Notes: generated from the sequence alone by a model not told the origin. Counted from the stretch's first letter, positions 1-10,606 are shown. The stretch is 64,000 bases of DNA from Thermobaculum sp. (GCA_042408415.1 JBHORE010000003.1:6156-70155), one strand, 5' to 3'. Translations and numbers: made by a program.

Positions 1-2582
1 GGAATCTGCTTGATTACCTCAGCGAAGGCAGTATAGTCTTCACAGATCTGCCTGACAGACTTGCACTTACTGCAAGCACCCTGCGTTCACACATTGAAGG
101 TATGCGATTGGAGATGGAGCGATCAGGAGATATACCCTCGAACCTGCTTAGCCCTGTCTTTGAGTGGAGTACTATAGAGGATAGACTCAAGACGTTACCG
201 AAGATCGAACCTGTCAATTCGGCTGAGGGCAACCTCAATTTCTATCCCGCTCCGCAGATTAGATCCAGCACTATAGACATCGTCGATAACCTACGATCTT
301 GGATTGACGAGGGTAGAACTGTATTTATCGTAACTCGGCACCATGAGAGAATCCGCCACGTGGCAGAAGAGCACAACTTGCCATTGGCACTAGAGGAGGA
401 TGATAAACAGGGGCAGATATTCATAGTACCTGGCTCCATCCAAGATGGTTGGATATGTGACGACATCAATCTGGTAGTTCTTTCAGACACGGAACTTTGG
501 GGTTATAGGGAGCCAAGAAGAGCGCGCTCTCCAAGGAAAGCTCCTCAGAGGGTCTTCCTAGCTGACCTCCAACCAGGTAGCTACGTGGTACATGTAGACC
601 ATGGGGTAGCTAAGTACGTAGGCAACGTTATGAGAGGTAGCTCAGGAGCAGAACGAGAGTACCTGGTCCTGGAGTATGCCGGAGGGGACAGACTATATGT
701 ACCAGTAGACCAAATAGATAGAATCTCTCCATACATTGGTGGAGGTGAGCCTGCGCTCAGTCGGTTGGGAACTGCCGACTGGGCGCGCACCAAAAGAAGA
801 GCCAAGAAGGCGGCAGATCAACTAGCTAAAGAGTTGCTTCAGCTATATGCGGCCCGAGAGATAGCCAAAGGTCATAGCTTTTCCCCAGACAATGAACTCC
901 ATAGAGAGTTCGAGAGTGCGTTCCCTTATGTGGAAACAGATGATCAGTTGGCAGCTATTGAAGATGTCAAGGCTGATATGGAATCATCAAAGCCCATGGA
1001 TAGACTGATATGTGGGGATGTAGGGTACGGCAAAACCGAAGTGGCGCTTAGAGCTGCATTCAAGGCTGTGGCAGATGGCAAACAAGTCGCGGTACTCGTC
1101 CCGACAACTGTGCTTGCACTACAACATTATGAAACATTTAGGTCCAGATTTAACCCATTTGGCATACGAGTTGAAATGCTGTCCAGGCTGCGGACCAAGA
1201 AGGAGAGAGACCAAGTCCTGGAAGATTTGCAGAAGGGTAACGTCGATATAGTTATAGGTACACATACCATCCTCCAAAAAAATGTAGTGTTCAAGGACCT
1301 TGGACTAGTCATAGTAGATGAGGAGCAAAGATTTGGCGTCAAGCACAAGGAAACGCTCAAGCAGATACGTACTCAGGTAGATGTGCTGACCCTTACAGCT
1401 ACTCCTATACCCAGGACTCTGCAAATGGCGCTTTCGGGAGTAAGGGATATGAGTGTGATAGAAACTGCTCCCGAGGATCGCTTACCTGTATACACCTATA
1501 TTGTTCCGAAGAATGACAGCATCATCAGAGACAGTATCATAAGGGAGTTGGAACGAGGCGGACAGGTCTTCTACGTGCATAATAGAGTGCAGGACATCTA
1601 CAAGGTAGCACACAAACTACAAGAGATGGTGCCAGAGGCTCGCATCACTGTCGCCCATGGTCAAATGCCAGAACAACAGCTAGAGCAGGTAATGCTGGAA
1701 TTCATGCATCACCATTATGATGTTCTAGTATGTACCACCATTATCGAGTCAGGACTAGACATCCCCAACGCTAATACGCTAATAGTTGACGATGCTACAC
1801 ATATGGGCTTAGCTCAACTCTATCAGCTACGGGGTAGGGTGGGTAGAAGCAGCAATCGAGCATACGCATACCTCATGTACAGACCTGATGCTAGGATGAC
1901 AGAGGACGCACAGAAAAGGCTGGAAGCAATTTCAGAAGCTACTCAGCTGGGGGCTGGCTTCCGGATAGCTATGAAGGACCTTGAGATAAGGGGAGCAGGC
2001 AATTTCTTGGGGCCAGAGCAAAGTGGACATGTTTACGCCATTGGACTAGAGCTTTACACCCAAATGATAGAGAGAGCAGTACAGGAACTGCGCACAGGAC
2101 AGCCCATCAGTGAGCCCCCTGCAGTAACAATAGATCTGCCGATTCCAGCTCTAATACCCGAACATTACGTTTCTGATAGAGACACCAGAATCAGGTTGTA
2201 CAGGCGATTAGCATCCACATCAACGGCACGTGAGCTTAGATCGATGGAAAACGAGATGCGAGATAGGTTCGGGCCGCTACCTGAAGAGACCATAAACCTG
2301 ATCAAGCTCATAGATCTCAAGATAGTGGCAGCAAAAGCAGGTGTCACTGCAATACGAGCAGCGGACAACGAAGTGATAATCAAAGCCGACAACCCTCCAC
2401 CTGCTGAGAGACTGGCACATTGGCGAGGAGTTAGGATATTGCCTGGCCAGGTAAGAGTAGAGATTAGTGGCAAGCCAGATCGATGGCTTACTAGGTTGAG
2501 ATCCGTACTACTTCAGATGTCCTACACGCCCGACGAGTATCAGCCAACCGGCATGGAAGACAGGATGGTTAGCGGGAGATAA
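1..2582 (+). CDS. mfd: Transcription-repair coupling factor Mfd (5' end outside window)
   Basis: Frame is open from base 3. CarD/RID domain (YVVHVDHGVAKY), helicase motifs GDVGYGKT, DEEQRFGV, TATPIPRT, QLRGRVGR, C-terminal TRCF domain. Confidence 0.97.
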   Translation, partial: NLLDYLSEGSIVFTDLPDRLALTASTLRSHIEGMRLEMERSGDIPSNLLSPVFEWSTIEDRLKTLPKIEPVNSAEGNLNFYPAPQIRSSTIDIVDNLRSWIDEGRTVFIVTRHHERIRHVAEEHNLPLALEEDDKQGQIFIVPGSIQDGWICDDINLVVLSDTELWGYREPRRARSPRKAPQRVFLADLQPGSYVVHVDHGVAKYVGNVMRGSSGAEREYLVLEYAGGDRLYVPVDQIDRISPYIGGGEPALSRLGTADWARTKRRAKKAADQLAKELLQLYAAREIAKGHSFSPDNELHREFESAFPYVETDDQLAAIEDVKADMESSKPMDRLICGDVGYGKTEVALRAAFKAVADGKQVAVLVPTTVLALQHYETFRSRFNPFGIRVEMLSRLRTKKERDQVLEDLQKGNVDIVIGTHTILQKNVVFKDLGLVIVDEEQRFGVKHKETLKQIRTQVDVLTLTATPIPRTLQMALSGVRDMSVIETAPEDRLPVYTYIVPKNDSIIRDSIIRELERGGQVFYVHNRVQDIYKVAHKLQEMVPEARITVAHGQMPEQQLEQVMLEFMHHHYDVLVCTTIIESGLDIPNANTLIVDDATHMGLAQLYQLRGRVGRSSNRAYAYLMYRPDARMTEDAQKRLEAISEATQLGAGFRIAMKDLEIRGAGNFLGPEQSGHVYAIGLELYTQMIERAVQELRTGQPISEPPAVTIDLPIPALIPEHYVSDRDTRIRLYRRLASTSTARELRSMENEMRDRFGPLPEETINLIKLIDLKIVAAKAGVTAIRAADNEVIIKADNPPPAERLAHWRGVRILPGQVRVEISGKPDRWLTRLRSVLLQMSYTPDEYQPTGMEDRMVSGR

Positions 2583-4974
2583 GATTGATAACAGTTACCC
2601 CGTCTCCTCCCTCACCTGGGCCACCAGGCCGAAACCCGGAGACCAGTGGATGACCCTGCAGCATACCCCTGACTGCATCCCGCAAAGCTCCAGTACCATA
2701 GCCATGAATTATACGTGCTGTAGGAATACCCTGTATATAAGCATCATTGAGATATTCATCAAGCTTAGAAAGAGCCTCCTCAGCTCTCATTCCCCTCAAG
2801 TCAAGTTCTGTGGATATGTTGGCTCTAACATCCACATTTAGCCTGACACCACGGGTACGCTTTTGAGACGAGACCTCGAGGCTTTGCTTCCCTCCTACAA
2901 CCTCCAGGTCAGATAGTGGAACCCTAGATCGGACACTGCCTACTTGTACTTCAGCAGTAGAATCACTTATACTAATAACCTTTCCCTCGGTACCAAAACT
3001 CATTATTCTCACACTATCCCCTACCTGAGGGGTCCTTCTAATAACACTAGGCCTCTTCGAACCCCTTGTAAGCTTCCTCACGCGACGCTCAACATTCTCC
3101 ACTGTTCTTAGAGACTCGGTGATCTCCCCCAGTTTGCTCGCTGCCTGAGAGGCACTCAATCTTCTCCTGAGCTCATCGATCTCCCTGCGTACATCTTCCA
3201 GTTCTCTTAGAGCCTGCTGATAACCTTCTTCAAGAGCTTGCTCCCTTATCCTTTCAGCCTCCTGAAGTTCAGCTACAGCGCGTGAACGAAGTTCCTCTGC
3301 CTCACGTCTAATCTGTTCTGCCTCGGCTAATCTTTGATCTACTAGCTTCTTTTCAGCCTCTATCTGTTCCAACAGGTCGTTGGCTGCTCTGCTTTCAGGC
3401 GAGACTCTAGATTTTGCCGCCTCAATAACTGCTTCGGGTAAGCCCAACCTCTGTGCAATATCTATGGCATAACTACGGCCCGGGAGGCCAATCTTCAGCC
3501 TATACGTAGGTGAGAGTGTCTCCAGATCAAACTCTACAGCCGCGTTAGTAACGCCTGGAGTGGTCTGAGCATATACCTTGATCTCAGGATAGTGAGTAGT
3601 AGCCACCACCAAAGCTCGCTTTTCAAGCAGATAATCGATAATTGCCTCAGCTATAGCTGCGCCTTCTTCCGGGTCAGTACCCGCTCCCAGCTCATCCAGC
3701 AGCAGCAAAGTATCGGAGCCGGCCACCTCCAGCATCTTCTTGATATTGATGATGTGAGAAGAAAATGTCGACAAGCTTTGCTCAATGCTTTGCTCGTCGC
3801 CTATATCAGCCAAGATGTACCTCAACACTGGCACGCGCGCACGCTCACTTGTAGGTAGGTGCAGACCACTTAGAGCCATCAGAGAAAGGAGCCCTGTAGT
3901 TTTGAGGGCTACGGTCTTACCGCCAGTATTAGGCCCGGTTATAACCAGTACTCTAAAATCTTCTCCCAAGAAAATGGTTATGGGCACTACATCCCTACCT
4001 AATAGCGGATGCCTAGCATCAGGCAGGAACAGTTTATCTCCTTTATACTCAGCACTTACCAACTCGGGCTCACAAGCATCCAAATATTGAGAGAACTTTG
4101 CCTTGGCCAAGGCAAAGTCCAATCTTGCGAGAGCAAGTAAAGTCCTCATAATATCCGAAGCAGCCGAAGCAACCGCTTCGGATAGTTGGGCAAGTATCCT
4201 TTCTATCTCCTCAGACTCCTGCCTACGAAGCTCAGTAATCCTATTACCCATGTCTACGGTAGCTAGTGGTTCTACAAATAGCGTCTGCCCGCTGCCTGAC
4301 ACGTCGTGAACTATGCCCGGTATCCTATGCCTTGCATCCGCACGTACAGGGACTACATATCTTCCATCTCTCTGGGTGATGATCGGCTCCTGCAGGGCAT
4401 CCCTATAAGACGAAGAGCTAATCAAATTATTGAGGTGCTGCATTAAGCGATCGTGCGCTGATCTCAGCTGCGATCTTATCCTTGCAAGAGTAGTACTAGC
4501 GGAGTCACGTACCTGGGCCTGGTCATCTATGGCCGCGTCTATCTGTTTACGCAGATCAGACAGGTCAACTATGTGCCTCAACTGGGCAGATAACAGAGAA
4601 AAGGAGTCTACACCTTCCAAGACTTTACCAAGCTGCCTGGAGAAACTATTGGCAGCTGCTATAGTATCAGAGACCTGTAACAGCTCCGAAGGGTCTAATA
4701 TACCTCCCAGACTTGCCTTTGTGACTAGACTCCTAATATCCCTAGCTCCACCTATCGTTATATCTGGTCTGAGTTGTAAAACTCTGAGAGCCTCAGTTGT
4801 CTCTCGCTGGGACCTTATAGCTCCTTCCAGATCATTCAGCGGACGTAGAGATAGAGCCAGCTCTTTGCTAAGGCTAAACGAAGTGTGCTTACTTAGCAGC
4901 TGTAGTATCTTGTCGTATTCTAGGCTTGTATATGATTTATCTTGTATATCCAAATGCGCAAGTTTACTCCGCAA
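2569..4974 (-). CDS. mutS2: MutS2 (endonuclease / ribosome-collision factor) with Smr domain
   Basis: ITGPNTGGKT, DIGDEQSIEQSLSTFS, DELGAGTDP, coiled coil, C-terminal Smr (LDLRG...IIHGYGTG). Exact start uncertain. Confidence 0.96.
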   Translation of the reverse strand: MRSKLAHLDIQDKSYTSLEYDKILQLLSKHTSFSLSKELALSLRPLNDLEGAIRSQRETTEALRVLQLRPDITIGGARDIRSLVTKASLGGILDPSELLQVSDTIAAANSFSRQLGKVLEGVDSFSLLSAQLRHIVDLSDLRKQIDAAIDDQAQVRDSASTTLARIRSQLRSAHDRLMQHLNNLISSSSYRDALQEPIITQRDGRYVVPVRADARHRIPGIVHDVSGSGQTLFVEPLATVDMGNRITELRRQESEEIERILAQLSEAVASAASDIMRTLLALARLDFALAKAKFSQYLDACEPELVSAEYKGDKLFLPDARHPLLGRDVVPITIFLGEDFRVLVITGPNTGGKTVALKTTGLLSLMALSGLHLPTSERARVPVLRYILADIGDEQSIEQSLSTFSSHIINIKKMLEVAGSDTLLLLDELGAGTDPEEGAAIAEAIIDYLLEKRALVVATTHYPEIKVYAQTTPGVTNAAVEFDLETLSPTYRLKIGLPGRSYAIDIAQRLGLPEAVIEAAKSRVSPESRAANDLLEQIEAEKKLVDQRLAEAEQIRREAEELRSRAVAELQEAERIREQALEEGYQQALRELEDVRREIDELRRRLSASQAASKLGEITESLRTVENVERRVRKLTRGSKRPSVIRRTPQVGDSVRIMSFGTEGKVISISDSTAEVQVGSVRSRVPLSDLEVVGGKQSLEVSSQKRTRGVRLNVDVRANISTELDLRGMRAEEALSKLDEYLNDAYIQGIPTARIIHGYGTGALRDAVRGMLQGHPLVSGFRPGGPGEGGDGVTVINLISR

Positions 4975-5018
4975 ACTAACAGGTGTATGACAGCATCATG
5001 AGTGCCATTCAAATATTA

Positions 5019-5027
5019 TGATATAAT
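5019..5027 (+). promoter_or_regulatory. Extended -10 promoter element upstream of gcvPB
   Basis: TG-A-TATAAT 45 nt upstream of the gcvPB start, in the divergent intergenic region. Confidence 0.55.
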
Positions 5028-5072
5028 CTAGCCGCATATAGGATTTTTAGAGTTCTCGGAGCATCGAGCATA

Positions 5073-6524
5073 ATGACCATACCTCTAATCTTCGAATGGA
5101 GCCGAGATGGCGCCACCGGATACAGTCTACCAGATAGTCAAGTCCCTACAGCAAATCTCCCAGAGGAACTGTTAAGGGAAGATCTCAATCTGCCAGAAGT
5201 CAGCGAGCTTGAGGTGATTCGTCACTTCGTAAGGCTGTCTCAGTTGAACTTTGCCATAGATACTACCTTTTATCCTCTTGGGTCCTGTACGATGAAGTAC
5301 AATCCCAAAGTCAACGAAGAGGTAGCTGCTCACCGAGGCGTTAGGAGAGTTCACCCGTATACCCCTATCGAGAAGGTCCAAGGAGCCCTACAAATTATGT
5401 ATGAGCTCCAGCAGGCATTAGCCGAAATCGCTGGTATGGATGCCGTCTCACTACAACCAGCTGCAGGCGCACACGGCGAGCTGACCGGTATGCTCGTGAT
5501 TAGAGCATACTTAGATAGTATAGGCCAGACACACAAAACCAAAGTAATAGTGCCAGATTCCGCTCATGGCACGAACCCAGCTACTGCCTCCATGGCCGGG
5601 TACCAAGTAGTAACCGTTAGAAGCGATGATCGCGGCAACGTTGACCTCGAGGAACTAAAGCAGCTGGTAGATGAAGAAGTAGCTGCTATGATGCTTACTA
5701 ATCCCAATACCCTCGGCCTGTTCGATGAGCATATCAGAGAGATATGCGAAGTTATTCACGAAGCTGGTGGATTGATGTACGGTGATGGCGCAAACATGAA
5801 CGCCATAATGGGTATAGTTAAACCAGGCGAGCTCGGATTTGACGTACTCCACTTTAACTTGCACAAAACCTTCACAACACCCCATGGTGGAGGAGGTCCA
5901 GGTGCAGGTCCAATAGCAGTTAAGGACTTCTTGGCTCCATTTCTGCCATCGCCTGTAGTAGTAGCTCGAGATACAGAGGCAGGTAGGATCTATCAGTTTC
6001 AGGATCCCCCCAAGAGCATAGGAAAAGTAAGATCACTATGGGGGAATTTTGCAGTGCTAGTAAGGGCGTACACATATATAATGCAGCAAGGTTCTGAGGG
6101 ACTAAGATCTGTCAGCGAACATGCTATACTCAATGCAAACTATCTTCTGTCTCTACTAAGAGACGCTTATCAAGTACCATACGATCGTCCTTGTATGCAC
6201 GAGTTTGTGCTTTCAGGATCAAAGCAGAAGCGATTTGGTGTACGTACCATAGATATAGCTAAGAGGCTCATCGATTACGGTTTTCATCCACCAACAATCT
6301 ACTTTCCACTTATTGTAGAAGAATGTCTGATGATTGAACCTACCGAGACGGAAAACAAGAGAACCTTGGATGAGTTCGCTGCAGCTATGATAAAAATAGC
6401 CGAAGAAGTTGAGAACGATCCGGAGCTAGTAAAATCAGCACCACATAACACTATCGTCAGAAGACTAGATGAAACAACAGCAGCTAGGAAACCTGACCTA
6501 GTGTACCAGCAAGCAGTTAAATGA
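5073..6524 (+). CDS. gcvPB: Glycine dehydrogenase (decarboxylating) subunit 2
   Basis: [25 protein letters not shown]-lysine motif [26 protein letters not shown]. Confidence 0.96.
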   Translation: MTIPLIFEWSRDGATGYSLPDSQVPTANLPEELLREDLNLPEVSELEVIRHFVRLSQLNFAIDTTFYPLGSCTMKYNPKVNEEVAAHRGVRRVHPYTPIEKVQGALQIMYELQQALAEIAGMDAVSLQPAAGAHGELTGMLVIRAYLDSIGQTHKTKVIVPDSAHGTNPATASMAGYQVVTVRSDDRGNVDLEELKQLVDEEVAAMMLTNPNTLGLFDEHIREICEVIHEAGGLMYGDGANMNAIMGIVKPGELGFDVLHFNLHKTFTTPHGGGGPGAGPIAVKDFLAPFLPSPVVVARDTEAGRIYQFQDPPKSIGKVRSLWGNFAVLVRAYTYIMQQGSEGLRSVSEHAILNANYLLSLLRDAYQVPYDRPCMHEFVLSGSKQKRFGVRTIDIAKRLIDYGFHPPTIYFPLIVEECLMIEPTETENKRTLDEFAAAMIKIAEEVENDPELVKSAPHNTIVRRLDETTAARKPDLVYQQAVK

Positions 6525-6547
6525 AAAACAGTTACTAAAAATAAATT

Positions 6548-7990
6548 ATGGGGGTGTTTTGTAGCTTAATGACTACCGAAAACAAGGTCGAACTAAGGGA
6601 AAGGCTTATAGAAAAGCTTAGAGCAACCATAAAGGAAGAAGGTGGAGAACTTACAGAGACCATAGAGCGTCAAATTGCACAGATTGCCACCAACGTAGCT
6701 CATGAGCCCCAGTCCCTTGTAGAACCTCTGGAAGTAGCGGACAACTCCAGACAAAACAGAAGAGTTGTAATCACAGGCATGGGAGTAATCTCTCCTGTAG
6801 GCATAGGGAAAGAAGCTTACTGGGAATCGCTTGTCAATGGAAGGTCTGGAATAGATACCATCACCATGTGCGACACCGAAGGTTGCACGACCAAGATAGC
6901 CGGAGAGGTAAAAAACTGGAATCCAGAGGAGTATATTGATCCCAAGCAGGTACGTAGGATGTCCCGAGCATCACAGTTTGCTGTTGGGGCTGCAAAACAG
7001 GCTGTGCAGGACGCAGAGCTATGCTTTGAAGAGCAAAATCCCAGGATAGGCGTGCTGTTAGGTACCGGAACTTCGAGTTTCCCTGATACTGAGGCCGCTG
7101 CACAGACTCTATTTACACGAGGTCCTATGAGAATTAGCCCCTTCTTCGCACCCATTAGCTTAGCAAACGCGCCCGCAGGACAGGTGGCAATGACATTCAA
7201 GGCTCATGGGTATAACGGCACTATAGTGACCGCTTGTGCTGCTGGCACTCAAGCCATTGGTGAAGCCTTTGAAGTAATAAGGCGCGGCGAAGCAGATGTC
7301 ATGCTAGCAGGGGGTACTGAAGCTCCTATCTGTCGCTTGGGCTTGGCTGCATTCTGCGTTATGCGTGTTATGAGCACCCGCAATGAAGAGCCTCAAAAGG
7401 CGAGTAGACCTTTTGATAAAAATAGGGATGGATTCGTACCTGCGGAAGGGGCAGCTATACTAGTGCTCGAATCCCTTGAACACGCTCTGCAAAGAGGTGC
7501 CAAGATATATGCTGAGATAGTAGGTTACGGCGCAACCTCAGACGCCTATCATATGGTCATGCCAGAGCCTGATGGAACTGGTGCTGCCAGAGCCATGCGC
7601 AAAGCACTGGAGTGTGCACACCTGAGTCCAGACCAAATAGACTACATAAACGGTCACGGTACGAGCACACAGCTGAACGATGCCGCAGAAACCTTAGCAA
7701 TAAAAGCAGTCTTTGGTGAATATGCATATAAGGTGCCTATCAGCTCTACCAAATCTATGACAGGACACTTGCTAGGAGCTGCGGGAGCCATAGAAGCAGT
7801 AGCTTCTGTAATGACAATTTACGATAAGGTGATTCCTCCTACGATCAATTACGAAACCCCTGATCCAGCATGCGATCTTGATTACGTGCCCAACGAGGCC
7901 AGAAGAGCTGATGTAAGGACTGTTATGTCTAATTCGTTCGGTTTCGGCGGGCAGAATGCCGTGCTGATATTTAGAGAATATCAAGGGTAA
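6548..7990 (+). CDS. fabF: Beta-ketoacyl-ACP synthase II with N-terminal extension
   Basis: RRVVITGMG, catalytic TACAAG, INGHGTST, TGHLLGAAG, SNSFGFGG. Start may be 6548 or 6569. Confidence 0.93.
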   Translation: MGVFCSLMTTENKVELRERLIEKLRATIKEEGGELTETIERQIAQIATNVAHEPQSLVEPLEVADNSRQNRRVVITGMGVISPVGIGKEAYWESLVNGRSGIDTITMCDTEGCTTKIAGEVKNWNPEEYIDPKQVRRMSRASQFAVGAAKQAVQDAELCFEEQNPRIGVLLGTGTSSFPDTEAAAQTLFTRGPMRISPFFAPISLANAPAGQVAMTFKAHGYNGTIVTACAAGTQAIGEAFEVIRRGEADVMLAGGTEAPICRLGLAAFCVMRVMSTRNEEPQKASRPFDKNRDGFVPAEGAAILVLESLEHALQRGAKIYAEIVGYGATSDAYHMVMPEPDGTGAARAMRKALECAHLSPDQIDYINGHGTSTQLNDAAETLAIKAVFGEYAYKVPISSTKSMTGHLLGAAGAIEAVASVMTIYDKVIPPTINYETPDPACDLDYVPNEARRADVRTVMSNSFGFGGQNAVLIFREYQG

Positions 7991-7995
7991 AACAA

Positions 7996-8742
7996 GTGCA
8001 AGTAGCAGTCAATTCAGAGTACATAAGAAGCCGCCAAAGCCTAATACAGAGAACGTTACTAATAGGGTTCTTCTTTCTAACAGCTTCAGTAGTAATAGTC
8101 CTGCTGTATCAGCAGCTAATATTTGTCGCATGGCCACTCATGATCATCGGTTATATAATAACGAGCCTTACTAGGCAGATCCAGTTTGACCTAGGACAAA
8201 ACGTGAGGACGGATCAGAGACTAGCCACAGCTTTGAAATCCCTGAGCAACAGGTACTGGCTAGGTAATTGGATACCCGTGGGTTCTGTAATAGTAGATGG
8301 TATACTCGTAGGTCCCGAAGGCGTACTGGTAATTGAAACTCGTAATCACGGCGGCGTAACAGAATGTAATGGTAACAAGTGGAAAAGACGAAAGAACATC
8401 TTGGTACGTTTCTTTACTGGCGAGCCATCCCTGGGAAACCCTTCAATAGATTTGCAGGCATCTCTTGAAGCTGTAGCAAAGGACTTACAAGAGGCAGGCT
8501 TTGGAGATGTTCCCGTGAGCGGTGCAGTGGTCTTTACATCACCCGACGCTGTATTGATGTTAGACGACTGTAAGAACACAGCTTTAACTTCTGCACAGCT
8601 ACTGCGCTGGGCCAATAGCAGGCAGGTACCCTCGGTAGTAATTCAAGACACAACCAGGCAGAAGATAATTGAGCACTTTTCTGCGAAAATAGCACCAGCT
8701 AAGAGCCCAGCACAGCAGGAACAAGAAGTAAAAGCTAAATAA
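7996..8742 (+). CDS. Membrane-anchored NERD (nuclease-related) domain protein
   Basis: Two N-terminal TM helices, then VDGILVGPEGVLVIETRNHGG and NP motif typical of NERD; the usual E-x-K reads E-T-R here. Confidence 0.75.
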   Translation: MQVAVNSEYIRSRQSLIQRTLLIGFFFLTASVVIVLLYQQLIFVAWPLMIIGYIITSLTRQIQFDLGQNVRTDQRLATALKSLSNRYWLGNWIPVGSVIVDGILVGPEGVLVIETRNHGGVTECNGNKWKRRKNILVRFFTGEPSLGNPSIDLQASLEAVAKDLQEAGFGDVPVSGAVVFTSPDAVLMLDDCKNTALTSAQLLRWANSRQVPSVVIQDTTRQKIIEHFSAKIAPAKSPAQQEQEVKAK

Positions 8743-8753
8743 AAGAGAAGGCT

Positions 8754-9791
8754 ATGATCAGCACCAGCTCGTCAGGGTTTGTAGGCAATAAGCAAGCATT
8801 GCAGCTACTGTCCGCAGCCAAGACAAAAAATAGAGCTAGCGGCTCCTGGCTATTTACCGGTCCTCCATCCGTAGGCAAGAGCACTCTGGCAAGATGGTTC
8901 GCCGCATTACTACTATGCTCCGCCGAAATATATGATCCCCCATGTGGCAGATGCATACACTGCAGGAAGATCTATCATGGCTCACATCCTGATGTCGAGA
9001 CGATTAGCCTGGCATTACAGGCTGAACAATCAGGCAAAACTTCTAGAGAGATTGGTATAGATTCCATCAGGAACATCATCGAGCGCATATATCTTAGACC
9101 TTTCGAGGCTAACAGGAAGGTCTATCTGATCGAAGACGCATCTACAATGACAGAGGAAGCAGCCAATGCCTTCCTGAAGACTTTGGAAGAACCCCCAGAC
9201 TTCGTGACAATAGTACTTATAGCTATAGATGATTACACGCTCCCTGAGACGATCAGATCACGTTGTTATAGAGTAAACCTACAACCCGTTCCACATAGTG
9301 AAATTACCAGCTATTTGGTCAATAGCCTAGGTGTCGAGCAAGGAGAGGCAAATATAATAGCGACTCTGTCCAACGGCAGGCCAGGATGGGCAATTAGGGC
9401 AGCTCACGACGGAGCGCTAGTAACCCAGGTAAATGATGATTGGAAATACCTGAATAAAGTCCTCCAATCAAATGACATTGAAAGGCTGAAGTTCGCTGAA
9501 GAATTATCCAAAGATTGGTCCAATAAGCCTAACGATAGAGATGATTTGTACTCTCTCTTGTTTAACTGGATAGGAGTTATAAGGCTAGCAACTATCAAGA
9601 CGTTTCAAGAAAACAGCAGTAAATCATATCTATCTGAAAACGTAGATCTTATTCAGTTCCTAGTCTCCTTAGGGCCACAACATGGCTACGAGTTGATACA
9701 GCATATTCTAAGGGCTATATATATGCTCGACTCAAATGCTAACGTAAGGTTAGTACTAGAAAACCTCTTTCTGAGGTTACCTAGAGTATGA
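8754..9791 (+). CDS. holB: DNA polymerase III delta' subunit
   Basis: LFTGPPSVGKS, Zn motif CGRCIHC, HPD, AANAFLKTLEEPP, LPETIRSRC. Confidence 0.93.
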   Translation: MISTSSSGFVGNKQALQLLSAAKTKNRASGSWLFTGPPSVGKSTLARWFAALLLCSAEIYDPPCGRCIHCRKIYHGSHPDVETISLALQAEQSGKTSREIGIDSIRNIIERIYLRPFEANRKVYLIEDASTMTEEAANAFLKTLEEPPDFVTIVLIAIDDYTLPETIRSRCYRVNLQPVPHSEITSYLVNSLGVEQGEANIIATLSNGRPGWAIRAAHDGALVTQVNDDWKYLNKVLQSNDIERLKFAEELSKDWSNKPNDRDDLYSLLFNWIGVIRLATIKTFQENSSKSYLSENVDLIQFLVSLGPQHGYELIQHILRAIYMLDSNANVRLVLENLFLRLPRV

Positions 9792-10363
9792 GCTATATTC
9801 TAGGCATTAGGATACTTGGACATAATGAGCTAACATGGGTAGAAAATCACACCCCAGCATCTCCAAGTACATCTTCCTACTGCTTGATAGATCTAGCGAA
9901 TGAAGGACTAAGATGGGCGAGAATAGTATGTATAGCGCACAACTTGGCCAAAATCAATGTTGAATCTCAAGCTAGCATCAAGATGTTCTCTGCAGAGCCC
10001 TCCCCACCAGAAAAGGACTCTGTAGTTCAAAGCTTAGTAAGGGAAATGCGATCAACACCAGGAAAAATCGTGAATATTAGCTTGGATCCTTTGCTTAGAT
10101 TCCTAAGAATAGAAATAAACACAGATGATATCGATCTAACAAGTAGGATCAAGGAGATATCTTCAGAACTAGGGATAGTAACATTTATAAACAAAACTCA
10201 ACCCCAAATACGGTACATACCGAAGCTGGGAGAAAAGGTCACGTGGAGAGGCCAAGAATACAAAGTAGCTAAACTGAACTTATACAAACAGACAGCCAGC
10301 CTCGTATCCGAAGAAGGTCGGGTTCAACAGATAAAACTTTCAGATCTAGCCAGCCACAGCTGA
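9788..10363 (+). CDS. Divergent, shortened YaaT/RicT (PSP1)-like protein
   Basis: 4-bp overlap with holB, the usual yaaT position. N-terminal ILGIRI, middle IDLTSRIKEISSEL and C-terminal IPKLGEKV...KV..LNL resemble YaaT segments by eye. Confidence 0.6.
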   Translation: MSYILGIRILGHNELTWVENHTPASPSTSSYCLIDLANEGLRWARIVCIAHNLAKINVESQASIKMFSAEPSPPEKDSVVQSLVREMRSTPGKIVNISLDPLLRFLRIEINTDDIDLTSRIKEISSELGIVTFINKTQPQIRYIPKLGEKVTWRGQEYKVAKLNLYKQTASLVSEEGRVQQIKLSDLASHS

Positions 10364-10606
10364 GTAAAACAGCCTCTCTATTATCCAAAGAATTATCAAA
10401 GCAACTAAAGGAGAAAAATCAATCATCACTCCCCCAGGCATAAAGTTACGTATTGGCCTAAGAATAGGTTCAGTGACATCGTAGAGAAAACGCGATATTG
10501 GATTCCTAAACAAAGGGTCAAACCAGGATATCAGCGCTCTACCTATAATGGCTATCTCTAGTACCCTCAACAGCAGACCTACGAAGGTTACCAAAAACTC
10601 TGGCAA
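10346..10606 (-). CDS. yggT: YggT family membrane protein
   Basis: RALISWF...NPISRFLYDVTEPILRPIR...IDFSPLV. Likely TTG start at 10606 with GGAGG SD; the ORF-track start 10699 looks over-extended. Confidence 0.9.
   Translation of the reverse strand: MPEFLVTFVGLLLRVLEIAIIGRALISWFDPLFRNPISRFLYDVTEPILRPIRNFMPGGVMIDFSPLVALIILWIIERLFYSAVAG

Noticed and set aside
4975-5010. UGA read-through (Sec) extending the mutS2 N-terminus
   Set aside because: The upstream frame has no similarity to MutS2 and no SECIS-like hairpin is evident.
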